Positions 50,938-59,843 of a stretch of 64,000 bases of DNA are shown here, one piece after another. Under the pieces are notes generated by a model. It did not search any database. It saw only the letters and a program-made list of their open reading frames with translations, and was not told where the DNA came from. A program made the translations under genes and the position numbers. Every line of letters starts with the position of its first letter. Positions within the stretch are counted from its first letter, which is position 1. Origin of the DNA: a virus; IMG/VR virus record IMGVR_UViG_3300021959_010405, positions 53,430 through 117,429 of that record. One strand, 5' to 3'.

Positions 50938-50943
50938 TAAATA
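50938..50943 (+). promoter_or_regulatory. gp55-type late promoter
   Basis: TAAATA 5 nt before the gp13 ATG. Confidence 0.65.
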
Positions 50944-50948
50944 TAAAT

Positions 50949-52124
50949 ATGGCATGTAACATAACCCCTGTATCTGCGTTCCAGACAACTAATCTTAATA
51001 GTAAGATTAATACATACAGCCGTCTGGCTGATAGGATTGTGAGAGCACTCGGTGCTCCCTTAATTAAAATCGAGCTACATCAAGACCAGCTATTCGAAAA
51101 TATATCTATAGCTGTTGAAATGTACACTAAATTCGCGGGGTATACAGCTGAATATTTAGCTTTTGATTCAAATCTATATGAAAAAAATGTAGGTCTCCGG
51201 TTAGATCATTTGTTTACATTATCTAATCCCGATCTTACTTTAGAGCAGAAAGCAGCTCATCAAATTCAAGCTCCTGAATCCGGCTACTATATAGAGCAGA
51301 GAGATACAATGTATGTATCAACATCCTCTATCGATAGTAGTAATTTTTCTTCTTTATCGTCACTTAGCGGTGTATTTACTGATGGTATTTTTACTAATCA
51401 GATTTTAGATCAATCAACATATAATACACTACTCACTACATTCTCTAGTAATCAAAGTACAAGCGCAATACCTGTATCTTCTTACTTTATTGAAACTTTT
51501 CAAAATGTTAAGACGAGATCCGGTGAAGAGCTAACACAGGATGATACCTTAAAGCAAAATAATATGTTTGATTATGATATATTAGATTATAGAAAAGTTA
51601 TGGCTGTTAGTGAGTTCGAGGAAGGGTCTACAACTGGAATTAATACATTGTTCACCATTGAGCAGACTTTAGCGCAGCAAACATATTTTTCTTATGCGAT
51701 GGGCAATTACGGTTTTGATTTAGTCTCTTGGTATACACTTAAAGAATGGTTAGAGATGAGAGAGAAACTCTTAGCTCTAAGACGCTCATATACATTTGAC
51801 GAGAGGACTCAAATATTGCAAATGTATCCTGAACCAGACGATACTAGATTTTATGGCGTTATTTCCTGCTATGTTGAAAGACCAATAAGAGACGTTATAA
51901 AGGAGCAATGGGTATATCAATATGCTTTAGCTCTATGCAAGATAACTCTAGGTCAGGTAAGAGGTAAATATGGCAACCTAACACTATTTGGGGGTCAAAC
52001 GTTTAATTCTACCGATATACTTACAGAAGGTACTAATGAAAAAGAAAAGTTAGAAAGTAAATTATACGAAGGTGCTTCTCCAGGAATGGGTGACGCGGAC
52101 CCTCCAATGTTTCTCATAGGGTAG
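50949..52124 (+). CDS. gp13: Neck protein (gp13)
   Basis: RALGAPLIKIEL..DQ, YALALCKITLGQVRGKY, PPMFLIG. Confidence 0.88.
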   Translation: MACNITPVSAFQTTNLNSKINTYSRLADRIVRALGAPLIKIELHQDQLFENISIAVEMYTKFAGYTAEYLAFDSNLYEKNVGLRLDHLFTLSNPDLTLEQKAAHQIQAPESGYYIEQRDTMYVSTSSIDSSNFSSLSSLSGVFTDGIFTNQILDQSTYNTLLTTFSSNQSTSAIPVSSYFIETFQNVKTRSGEELTQDDTLKQNNMFDYDILDYRKVMAVSEFEEGSTTGINTLFTIEQTLAQQTYFSYAMGNYGFDLVSWYTLKEWLEMREKLLALRRSYTFDERTQILQMYPEPDDTRFYGVISCYVERPIRDVIKEQWVYQYALALCKITLGQVRGKYGNLTLFGGQTFNSTDILTEGTNEKEKLESKLYEGASPGMGDADPPMFLIG

Positions 52125-52188
52125 TGTAATGAGAGAAAATGAAGATCGCTGGTAATAGGCATAGCGTAGAGTAAATACAGGATACCTA

Positions 52189-52806
52189 ATGCTATCCAAA
52201 TTTATAAATAAAAAAGTGCGCCAAATTACCAACAATATAGCTGATAGAGTATATATTGAAACTTTTTTACAAGATGCTTCATTAACTAATAAATTAAAAT
52301 TGTATGCTATAAATAAATGTAGAACTAAAAATCCTGCAAAAATATCTACTGTGAAAAAGAGAAAAAAACCATCCAGACCATATAAACAGGGAGTATTTAA
52401 ACCAAAAAATCCTCTCAAATTTGATGGGTCTGCAGCAGTCTATCGATCATCTTACGAGCTAAAATTTTTTAGATGGTGTGATGAAAACGTAAATGTTCTT
52501 AAATGGGGTAGCGAGAATGTTGTAATACCATACGTTAATCCTAATACCAATAAATTATCTAAATATTTTGTAGATAGCTTTATTGTTTTAAAGGAAGGCT
52601 CAAAACATAATAAATATTTAATCGAAATAAAGCCCTTTAAACAAACTAGACCACCGAATCCGAGTAGGTATAGAAATAAGGATAATTTATTATACGAACA
52701 AACTATGTGGAATCAAAATCAAGCTAAGTGGGATGCAGCAAACAAATGGGCTAAAAAACATAGTGCCGAATTTATTATATTAACAGAAAAGGAATTAAAC
52801 ATATAA
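52189..52806 (+). CDS. gp4: Head completion nuclease (gp4); true start may be the GTG at 52351
   Basis: YKQGVFKPKNP.K, YRSSYE..F, WGSE...IPY, YFVD, IEIKP, NQAKW, ILTE. Confidence 0.88.
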   Translation: MLSKFINKKVRQITNNIADRVYIETFLQDASLTNKLKLYAINKCRTKNPAKISTVKKRKKPSRPYKQGVFKPKNPLKFDGSAAVYRSSYELKFFRWCDENVNVLKWGSENVVIPYVNPNTNKLSKYFVDSFIVLKEGSKHNKYLIEIKPFKQTRPPNPSRYRNKDNLLYEQTMWNQNQAKWDAANKWAKKHSAEFIILTEKELNI

Positions 52807-52842
52807 TTTTTATCGTTTTTATAAGATAATTTAATTAATCTG

Positions 52843-52850
52843 TATAAATA
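52843..52850 (+). promoter_or_regulatory. gp55-type late promoter
   Basis: Perfect T4 consensus TATAAATA 5 nt before the gp21 ATG. Confidence 0.75.
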
Positions 52851-52855
52851 TTAAT

Positions 52856-53533
52856 ATGGGATTCCGATTAATTACTGATGAGGCAGCGGCTACATTAGAC
52901 GAGTTCGAATATATATTCGAAGAAAAAGACCGTAATGAACCTAGATCGCTCTATATTCAAGGGCCATATATGCTAGCAGAAGCTGTTAATCGTAATAAGA
53001 GGAAATATCCTATCCACGAGATGAGAAAAGAAGTGGATAGATATACAAATGATATGATCAATAAGCAGAGAGCTATGGGAGAGCTTAATCACCCCACCTC
53101 TGCGGACGTTGATTTAGAACGCGCATGCCATTTAGTAGAATATTTAAAAGAGGAGAAAGAGGGGGACAGATATGTATTTACTGGTAGATCAAAAGTACTT
53201 ACTACCCCTTGTGGTAAAATTGTTCACTCATTAGTTAATGATGGAGTGTCTGTTGGAATGTCTTCAAGAGCTTTAGGTCAATTATCAGAGAAGAATTCCT
53301 TTAACGAAGTTAGCAACATGAGATTGGTCGCTATTGATTGTGTCGCAGATCCGTCATTTAGTGAAGCATTCGTAAATGGTATATTAGAATCTAAAGAATG
53401 GGTATTGAAGGATGATGGTCATTTCGAAGAAAACTACGAAGAGTTTGAAAAATCTTTACATAATCTACCAAAAGGCTGTAAAAAAGATTTTATTACAGAA
53501 CAAATTATCAATTTTATTAAAAATATTAGGTAG
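52856..53533 (+). CDS. gp21: Prohead protease (gp21)
   Basis: NRNKRKYP, GELNHP, GMSSRALG, DCVADPS. Confidence 0.93.
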   Translation: MGFRLITDEAAATLDEFEYIFEEKDRNEPRSLYIQGPYMLAEAVNRNKRKYPIHEMRKEVDRYTNDMINKQRAMGELNHPTSADVDLERACHLVEYLKEEKEGDRYVFTGRSKVLTTPCGKIVHSLVNDGVSVGMSSRALGQLSEKNSFNEVSNMRLVAIDCVADPSFSEAFVNGILESKEWVLKDDGHFEENYEEFEKSLHNLPKGCKKDFITEQIINFIKNIR

Positions 53534-53555
53534 TTTGTATAAATATATATTACAA

Positions 53556-53708
53556 ATGAGCACTCCCGAGCGCAAATATATAAAAAATTTTATAACTGCT
53601 CTTCTGCATGAAGAGTACAACACTGCTAATATAAATCTTCAAAAAGCTATAAACGAAAAGCTTAAAGCAAGAATTAATAATGCAAATAACCAGAAACTTT
53701 TTAACTAA
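53556..53708 (+). CDS. Small prohead core-like protein (start adjusted to MSTPERK)
   Basis: TATAAATA at 53538-53545; position between gp21 and gp22 like gp67/68. Confidence 0.5.
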   Translation: MSTPERKYIKNFITALLHEEYNTANINLQKAINEKLKARINNANNQKLFN

Positions 53709-54604
53709 TGAGTGAAGAAACAACACAACAGAAGGGCGATATTGGTAAAGTCTTAAAAGAAGCCACAGACGGTCTTCTTGATGATGATTCTCTTTCCGCA
53801 ATCGAAGAGGCCTTTAATCGCGAAGTCGAAGAAAGAGCTTCTTTAAGGGAAAGCGCTGCTCTAGAAATGCAAGATCAAGAATATTCTGAAAAGCTTATTC
53901 ATGTTCTTGAGGCTATTGACAAAGACAAAACAAATAAACTTTATAGAGTTCTTGAAGCAGTAGATAAAAGCAATGCACGCAAGCTTGTTAACGTCACTAA
54001 AAAGTATAAAAAAGCTTTAGGACAGGATGCGACCATGTTTAAAGAGTCTATGATCAAGCATATCAGCGACTATTTAGATTTATATCTTGAAGAAACCGTT
54101 CCACAAGAAGCGATTAACGAAGCAGTTAAGAATAAAAAGGCAATGTCCGTTCTTTCCGCATTACGTGGTCAGCTTTCAGTTGGATCTTCTCTATTAGATG
54201 AATCTGTAAGAACTGCAGTTCTTGACGGTAAGACCCAGATTGATACACTTAATGAATCTCTTAAAGAAAAAGATGATCAGGTAAAGGTTCTTAACGAGCA
54301 ATTAAGAGCAACTGCAGCTAATCTTTTACTTGAGAAGAAAAGTGCTGGTCTTCCTGCAAAGAAAAAAGAATATTTACAAAAAGTTCTTGCTAACAAGACT
54401 CCAGAATTTATTAACGAAAATTTTGATTATACTCTTAAACTCTTTGAGAAGAGGGAGAATGATCAGTTAGATATTCTTCGCGAAGAAGCGATGGATACCC
54501 GAGTTGTAAAGGAAGAGCCAAAGCCACGGATTATACGCGAGAAGGTTGAAAAGCCTGCGCAGCAAGTTAATCCTTATATCGAACAGCTTAAAAAATATAA
54601 CTAA
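53708..54604 (+). CDS. gp22: Prohead scaffold (gp22)
   Basis: Acidic coiled coil between protease and capsid; SDYLDLYLEE; ends YIEQLKK. Confidence 0.8.
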   Translation: MSEETTQQKGDIGKVLKEATDGLLDDDSLSAIEEAFNREVEERASLRESAALEMQDQEYSEKLIHVLEAIDKDKTNKLYRVLEAVDKSNARKLVNVTKKYKKALGQDATMFKESMIKHISDYLDLYLEETVPQEAINEAVKNKKAMSVLSALRGQLSVGSSLLDESVRTAVLDGKTQIDTLNESLKEKDDQVKVLNEQLRATAANLLLEKKSAGLPAKKKEYLQKVLANKTPEFINENFDYTLKLFEKRENDQLDILREEAMDTRVVKEEPKPRIIREKVEKPAQQVNPYIEQLKKYN

Positions 54605-54672
54605 TTTTTAACCCTTTAATGTAGAGGCTCGTGAAGCCTGAATTAGTCAAAAAATAGGAAAGAATATACATT

Positions 54673-56169
54673 ATGAAAAATCCGAATATTGATGGAAATA
54701 CAGCTAAAAGACTTCTTGAGAAGTGGGCACCAGTTTTGGACTACTCCTCTAAGAACATAGCTCCAATTGAAGATGAGCGTACCCGCGTTAATACCGCGAT
54801 TATGCTTGAGAACCAAGAGGACTGGTGTCAGGACCCTGAAGGTGGTCTCCTTATGGAGAGCTCCTACGGCGGAAATGGTGGTTCTTTTGGATCTGGATCC
54901 TCTGTGGGTGGAGTTTACTCCCCTCCTGGAACTGTTACTAGCAACGACGGATATGCGTCCGGAGATGCTCGTCTTCCAAAAATCCTTATTCCGATGATTC
55001 GTCGTACTTTCCCTGAATTGATAAGTAATGAGATCGTTGGAGTTCAGCCAATGAGTGGTCCTGTTGGACTTGCTTTCGCTTTGCGTTACAAGTACAACAC
55101 GGAAGGTCTCGGTACTGGCGGTGTTGACGGTGGGGCTACTGGTCCTGGCGGAACACACAACACGTACCTTGGATCGCCACCTAATGATGAATTAGGTTAC
55201 CAGCATCTCGATACCCGCTTTACTGGTACTTCTTCCAGTCAGCTCTCTGGCGATGGAGATTATTTTAACTTCGCAGCTCAGGATCAAGGTGTAGCCGAGA
55301 TCCTTAAGAACTGGGAAATTAATAACAACATCCCTCAGGTTGACATTTCTTTTGAGAAGACCGCTGTTGAGGCAGGTACGAGACGTTTAGGTGCTCGTTG
55401 GTCTGTTGAGCTTGAGCAAGACCTTAAGAACATGAATGGTATCGACGTTGATGCTGAAATCACGAACGCTATGGCGTACGAGATCCAGGCAGAAATCGAT
55501 CGTGAAATGATTGTTCGTATGATCCAGACAGCACTCAACGCCGGATACGGCGCTGGTTTCTCTGTTTGGTCACCTGCATCTGCAGATGGTCGCTGGCTCG
55601 TTGAGCGCAACAGAGACTTCTACCAGAGACTTATTATCGAAGCTAACCGTATTGCTGTCCGCAACCGTCGTGGCGCTGCAAACTTTATTGTTTGTACTCC
55701 TCGTGTTGCAGCTATTCTCGAAATGCTTCCGGAATTCCAGTGGGTTCCGGTTCAAGGCAACGTGAATACACAGCCTGTCGGTATCGCTAAGGTTGGTAAT
55801 CTCGGTGGTCGTTTCAACGTTTATCGTGACACTCGTACGGAAGTCCAAAACTCTGGCGTATATGGATCGCAAGGTTACTCTGATGGTAGTCTTGGTGGTT
55901 CAACTTATACTCGCACTGATGGTGTTGAGTACGCCCTCCTTGGTTACAAGGGGCCTGAGTTCTACGACACTGGTATTATATACTGCCCGTACATTCCTGT
56001 CATGGTACAGCGTACGATTGGTCCTCAGGACTTCGCTCCTCGTGTTGGTCTTCTCACCCGTTACGGCGTGGTTGACAACATCTTTGGTGCGAATCTCTAT
56101 TACCACATCATTATTGTTCAGGGACTGGGTGCGGCGTTTACGCCGGCTTCACAGTCTGTTTACTTCTAA
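54673..56169 (+). CDS. gp23: Major capsid protein (gp23)
   Basis: LLEKWAPVL, MIRRTFPEL, GVQPMSGPVGLAFALR, ELEQDLK, EIDREM, IYCPYIP, LLTRYG. Confidence 0.97.
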   Translation: MKNPNIDGNTAKRLLEKWAPVLDYSSKNIAPIEDERTRVNTAIMLENQEDWCQDPEGGLLMESSYGGNGGSFGSGSSVGGVYSPPGTVTSNDGYASGDARLPKILIPMIRRTFPELISNEIVGVQPMSGPVGLAFALRYKYNTEGLGTGGVDGGATGPGGTHNTYLGSPPNDELGYQHLDTRFTGTSSSQLSGDGDYFNFAAQDQGVAEILKNWEINNNIPQVDISFEKTAVEAGTRRLGARWSVELEQDLKNMNGIDVDAEITNAMAYEIQAEIDREMIVRMIQTALNAGYGAGFSVWSPASADGRWLVERNRDFYQRLIIEANRIAVRNRRGAANFIVCTPRVAAILEMLPEFQWVPVQGNVNTQPVGIAKVGNLGGRFNVYRDTRTEVQNSGVYGSQGYSDGSLGGSTYTRTDGVEYALLGYKGPEFYDTGIIYCPYIPVMVQRTIGPQDFAPRVGLLTRYGVVDNIFGANLYYHIIIVQGLGAAFTPASQSVYF

Positions 56170-56196
56170 TTTAGAGGTACAGAATCCCTTTAAGAG

Positions 56197-56218
56197 CCTC
56201 GGAGAGAAATCTCCGAGG
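56197..56218. terminator. Bidirectional intrinsic terminator between gp23 and the LRR genes
   Basis: CCTCGGAGA-GAAA-TCTCCGAGG followed by TTTCTTT. Confidence 0.85.
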
Positions 56219-56223
56219 TTTCT

Positions 56224-56895
56224 TTATGTAAATATTCTGCCTCTTACTCCCGGTAACATTCCTTTAAGTTCTTCCGCAGTATATTTTTTACTTATCGGGG
56301 TATTAGTTAGATCTAAATCACCACCTACTTGTAGATTATCTGGCAGTGATGTTATTTGCGTATTACGTAAATCTAAACTACTGCCTACTTCTAGATTATC
56401 TGGTAGTGAGGCTATTGGTGCGCTAGATAAATATAAACCACCACCTACTTTAAGATTATCTGGGAGTGATGTTATTTGCGTATTACGTAAATCTAAAAAA
56501 CCGCTTACTTTAAGATTATTTGATAGTGATGTTATTGGTGTGTTAGATAGATCTAAATAACCGTTTACTTCTAGATTATCTGGTAATGATGTTATTTGTG
56601 TATTAGGTAAATCTAAACTACCACCTACTTGTAGATTATCTGGTAGTGAGGCTATTGGTGTGCTAGATAAATATAAACCGCGACCCACTTTAAGATTATT
56701 TGGTAGTGATGTTATTGGTGTATTAGTTAGAATTAAATCACCTCGCGACCCATTATCGATATAATCTTGTATCTTTTTATACGCCAATCTCTCTAAATGA
56801 GCTTGCTTATCCTCTCTAGAGTACTTTGGTTTATGATTAGTCAAATCGATAGATTCTCTAAGGATTTGTTTGTATGCTTCAAATATAGGGTCCAT
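56224..56895 (-). CDS. Variable leucine-rich-repeat protein C (7 full 20-aa repeats plus terminal repeat)
   Basis: Repeats GxLxLxxTxITSLPDNLxV; conserved N-cap MDPIFEAYKQIL and C-cap TPISKKYTAEELK. Confidence 0.9.
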   Translation of the reverse strand: MDPIFEAYKQILRESIDLTNHKPKYSREDKQAHLERLAYKKIQDYIDNGSRGDLILTNTPITSLPNNLKVGRGLYLSSTPIASLPDNLQVGGSLDLPNTQITSLPDNLEVNGYLDLSNTPITSLSNNLKVSGFLDLRNTQITSLPDNLKVGGGLYLSSAPIASLPDNLEVGSSLDLRNTQITSLPDNLQVGGDLDLTNTPISKKYTAEELKGMLPGVRGRIFT

Positions 56896-56912
56896 TTAAT
56901 TTTTAGGATTAT

Positions 56913-57527
56913 TTATGTATATATTTTGCCTTCTACTCCTGGGAGCATTCTTTTAAGTTCTTCCGCAGTATATTTTTTACTTATTGGGGTATTACGTAAA
57001 TATAAATGACCACCTACTTCTAGATTATCTGGTAGGGATGTTATTTGGGTATTACGTAAATATAAACCACCACCTACTTCTAGATTATCTGGTAGGGATG
57101 TTATTTTAGTACCACCTAAATTTAAATCACCACCTACTTCTAGATTATCTGGCAGTGATGCTATTTGTGTATTATCTAAATATAAATCACCACCTACTTC
57201 TAGATTATCTGGCAGTGATGTTATTTGCGTATTACCTAAATATAAACCACCACCTACTTTAAGATTATCTGGTAGGGATGTTATTTGTGTATTACGTAAA
57301 TTTAAACCACCACCTACTTCTAGATTATCTGGTAGGGATGTTATTTGCGTATAAGATAAATCTAAATTGCCTTGAGATCCACTATCGATATAATCTTGTA
57401 CCTTTTTATACGCCAATCTCGCTAAATGAGCTTGTTTATCCTCTTTAGTGTATTTTGGTTTATGATTAGTCAAATCGATAGTCTGTTCACTTAGGATTTG
57501 TTTGTATGCTTCGAATATAGGGTCCAT
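56913..57527 (-). CDS. Variable leucine-rich-repeat protein B (6 full repeats plus terminal repeat)
   Basis: Same caps and 60-bp repeat modules. Confidence 0.9.
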   Translation of the reverse strand: MDPIFEAYKQILSEQTIDLTNHKPKYTKEDKQAHLARLAYKKVQDYIDSGSQGNLDLSYTQITSLPDNLEVGGGLNLRNTQITSLPDNLKVGGGLYLGNTQITSLPDNLEVGGDLYLDNTQIASLPDNLEVGGDLNLGGTKITSLPDNLEVGGGLYLRNTQITSLPDNLEVGGHLYLRNTPISKKYTAEELKRMLPGVEGKIYT

Positions 57528-57555
57528 ATGTTTTATTAAATCATATATTGATTAT

Positions 57556-58167
57556 TTATGTATATATTTTGCCTTCTACCCCTGGGAGCATTCTTTTAAG
57601 TTTTTTCGCAGTATATTTTTTACTTATTGGTGTTTTCTCTAAATTTAAATATTCACCTACTTTTAAATTATCTGGTAGGGATGTTATTTGCGTATTATGT
57701 AAATCTAAAATACCGTCTACTTTAAGATTATCTGGCAGTGATGTTATTTGCGTATTACCTAAATATAAACCACCACCTACTTCTAGATTATCTGGTAGGG
57801 ATGTTATTTGCGTATAAGATAAATATAAATCACCACCTACTTCTAGATTATCTGGTAGGGATGTTATTTTAGTACCACCTAAATTTAAATATCCACCTAC
57901 TTTAAGATTATCTGGTAGGGATGTTATTTGCGTATTATGTAAATCTAAAATACCGTCTACTTTAAGATTATCTGGTAGGGATGTTATTTGTGTATTAGCT
58001 AGTTCTAAATTGCCTTGAGATCCACTATCGATATAATCTTGTACCTTTTTATACGCTAATTTATTTAAATGAGCTTGCTTATCCTCTTTAGTGTATTTTG
58101 GTTTATGGTTAGTTAAATCGATAGATTCTCTAAGAATTTGTTTGTATACTTCAAATATAGGGTCCAT
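57556..58167 (-). CDS. Variable leucine-rich-repeat protein A (6 full repeats plus terminal repeat)
   Basis: Same caps and 60-bp repeat modules. Confidence 0.9.
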   Translation of the reverse strand: MDPIFEVYKQILRESIDLTNHKPKYTKEDKQAHLNKLAYKKVQDYIDSGSQGNLELANTQITSLPDNLKVDGILDLHNTQITSLPDNLKVGGYLNLGGTKITSLPDNLEVGGDLYLSYTQITSLPDNLEVGGGLYLGNTQITSLPDNLKVDGILDLHNTQITSLPDNLKVGEYLNLEKTPISKKYTAKKLKRMLPGVEGKIYT

Positions 58168-58184
58168 TTAATTTTCATGAAAGA

Positions 58185-59027
58185 TTAATTAATACCAACT
58201 ATTTTCATCCACGTATCTAACATATCACGACCCATCTGACTATCAGTACCGTCATATGCGTCATATGTATAAAAATTACCTTCACTGTCTTTTCTTGTTA
58301 TTATCTTTTCCCCGACTTTGTCAATTCTGGATGAATCGTTAATCGGAATTCTTGCCAGCGCAACCACATAATGCTTCTCATCAAACCCACTACGCTTAAG
58401 CTGATTTTTTAAACTATCGCTCTTTATCAATGTATAATAGAAATCAACATTATTATTGTAGTAATAATCATCCCAATGTGTTGAAGTACTATACGTAGTA
58501 CACCATGCAGAATCTTTTTTACCACCTTTGCATTCTCTAAAAGCAAAACCTCCCTGTTCTACAGGGGTAAGGCCTAGCTTTCTAGAAGCTTCATGTGTAT
58601 AAGGTATAACTATACGTATATCGTCATTGTCAACAATAACGTCAAAATCACCAGACAATTCGCTTTTCGATGCAGTCGTTTCAGTTTTATTAAGCTCATT
58701 AACAATATTATACAGATCCTTAAAACTTTTGTAAGATTGAATATTTGACTTTTGATCTTTTATCAATCCTTTACGAACAAAAGCGTCAAATTCTTCTATT
58801 GTATTGCGGAGATTATCGATATCTTGTTCTTCTCCTCTGACATATACTCGAGCTAACCACCCAGTATATTTTTTTTGTTCGGTTGGGTCAATACCTACAA
58901 TAGTATCAAACTCTTGTTTATCTAACTTTCCTTGCTGTAGAAGTTGTTTAGCTTCTCTCCTACTCTCAGTAATAACGTTATAAAATAAATTTAGTATATT
59001 AACAGAATCTTCATTAAGAACTTCCAT
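58185..59027 (-). CDS. Late hypothetical protein with DPT..KKY..W and SAWCT motifs
   Basis: TAAATA-N5-ATG; DPTEQKKYTGWL and SAWCTT..WDDYY motifs; co-transcribed with the LRR genes. Confidence 0.7.
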   Translation of the reverse strand: MEVLNEDSVNILNLFYNVITESRREAKQLLQQGKLDKQEFDTIVGIDPTEQKKYTGWLARVYVRGEEQDIDNLRNTIEEFDAFVRKGLIKDQKSNIQSYKSFKDLYNIVNELNKTETTASKSELSGDFDVIVDNDDIRIVIPYTHEASRKLGLTPVEQGGFAFRECKGGKKDSAWCTTYSTSTHWDDYYYNNNVDFYYTLIKSDSLKNQLKRSGFDEKHYVVALARIPINDSSRIDKVGEKIITRKDSEGNFYTYDAYDGTDSQMGRDMLDTWMKIVGIN

Positions 59028-59028
59028 G

Positions 59029-59817
59029 TTAATATTTAGTCAATTTTATTTTTTTATTAATAAAATTTATAGTATTGATCATACTCTCAGGAGTGCCCAT
59101 ATCTGACCAGAAACCATCATATACCATGTAGCCAACATTATCGAGTTTGGCGTAATATCTATTAATATCAGTAATTTCAAGCTCGCCTCTATCAGAGGGT
59201 AGTATATCCTCTACTATATTATATACATCTGGAGTATAATAGTACATTCCAGTTACAGCGTAATTAGAGATATAATTAACCGGTTTTTCAACAATATCTA
59301 ATATCTTATAAGAAGGAGTATCGAATTCTGCAACTCCGAATCGGTTCCAATCATCTGTATACTTTAGGAATAGACCACATTTAGTTTTATTATTAAACCG
59401 GCACCGCGAAATAAATTCTGAAACTTCGCCCGTTCCAATTCGATTACTCATTGGCTCGAAATAATTATCGCCCAATATTGCAACAAAGTCCTCTTGTTTA
59501 GTATAATCTTTGCAGAGCTTTAAAGCACTGGCTATTCCTGGAGGTCTATGAGGATCATTCATCTCTTGAATCTTGTATGTAAATTCAAGTCCTCTTGAAT
59601 AACCATCTCCTAAATAGTCTACAATAATACCACAATGATCTTGTGATGTTATAATTAGAATTTCTGTTATACCTATATCAGTTAGTGTCCGTATAGGATA
59701 TTCTATCATTGGGAAAGCTCCCTCGCAAGTATAAACAGGTAGTAGATGCTTATTATTGGTGTGAGAGGCCGGTAGCATGCGTGTACCGAAACCTCCAGCT
59801 AAAATTATACCTTTCAT
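59029..59817 (-). CDS. rmlA: Glucose-1-phosphate thymidylyltransferase
   Basis: GIILAGGFGTR, NKHLLPVY, ILGDN, FGV, EKP, AVTGMYYY, RGELEITD, WSDMGT. Confidence 0.92.
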   Translation of the reverse strand: MKGIILAGGFGTRMLPASHTNNKHLLPVYTCEGAFPMIEYPIRTLTDIGITEILIITSQDHCGIIVDYLGDGYSRGLEFTYKIQEMNDPHRPPGIASALKLCKDYTKQEDFVAILGDNYFEPMSNRIGTGEVSEFISRCRFNNKTKCGLFLKYTDDWNRFGVAEFDTPSYKILDIVEKPVNYISNYAVTGMYYYTPDVYNIVEDILPSDRGELEITDINRYYAKLDNVGYMVYDGFWSDMGTPESMINTINFINKKIKLTKY

Positions 59818-59843
59818 TTTTGTTTTTATTGATAAATATTATT

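Larger units (their letters stand above)
56224..58167 (-). repeat. Three-gene tandem duplication containing about 22 imperfect 60-bp repeats
   Basis: Column-aligned sequence lines (e.g. 57001-57360, 57661-58020) sharing tagattatctggtagggatgttatttg. Confidence 0.95.

Noticed and set aside
2083-56169. Inteins, introns or stop-codon recoding in core genes
   Set aside because: gp43, UvsX, UvsW, gp20 and gp23 are full-length and uninterrupted under the standard code
55793-56560. 255-aa plus-strand ORF spanning gp23 and the LRR gene
   Set aside because: Alternate-frame/antisense shadow of gp23 and of stop-poor LRR repeats; it crosses a terminator
56260-58020. 60-bp periodic repeats as a CRISPR array
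   Set aside because: Repeats are in-frame protein modules with short variable parts that recur between units; no cas genes or unique spacers
56224-58167. Diversity-generating retroelement
   Set aside because: No reverse transcriptase or non-coding template repeat in the window, and variation does not appear confined to adenines
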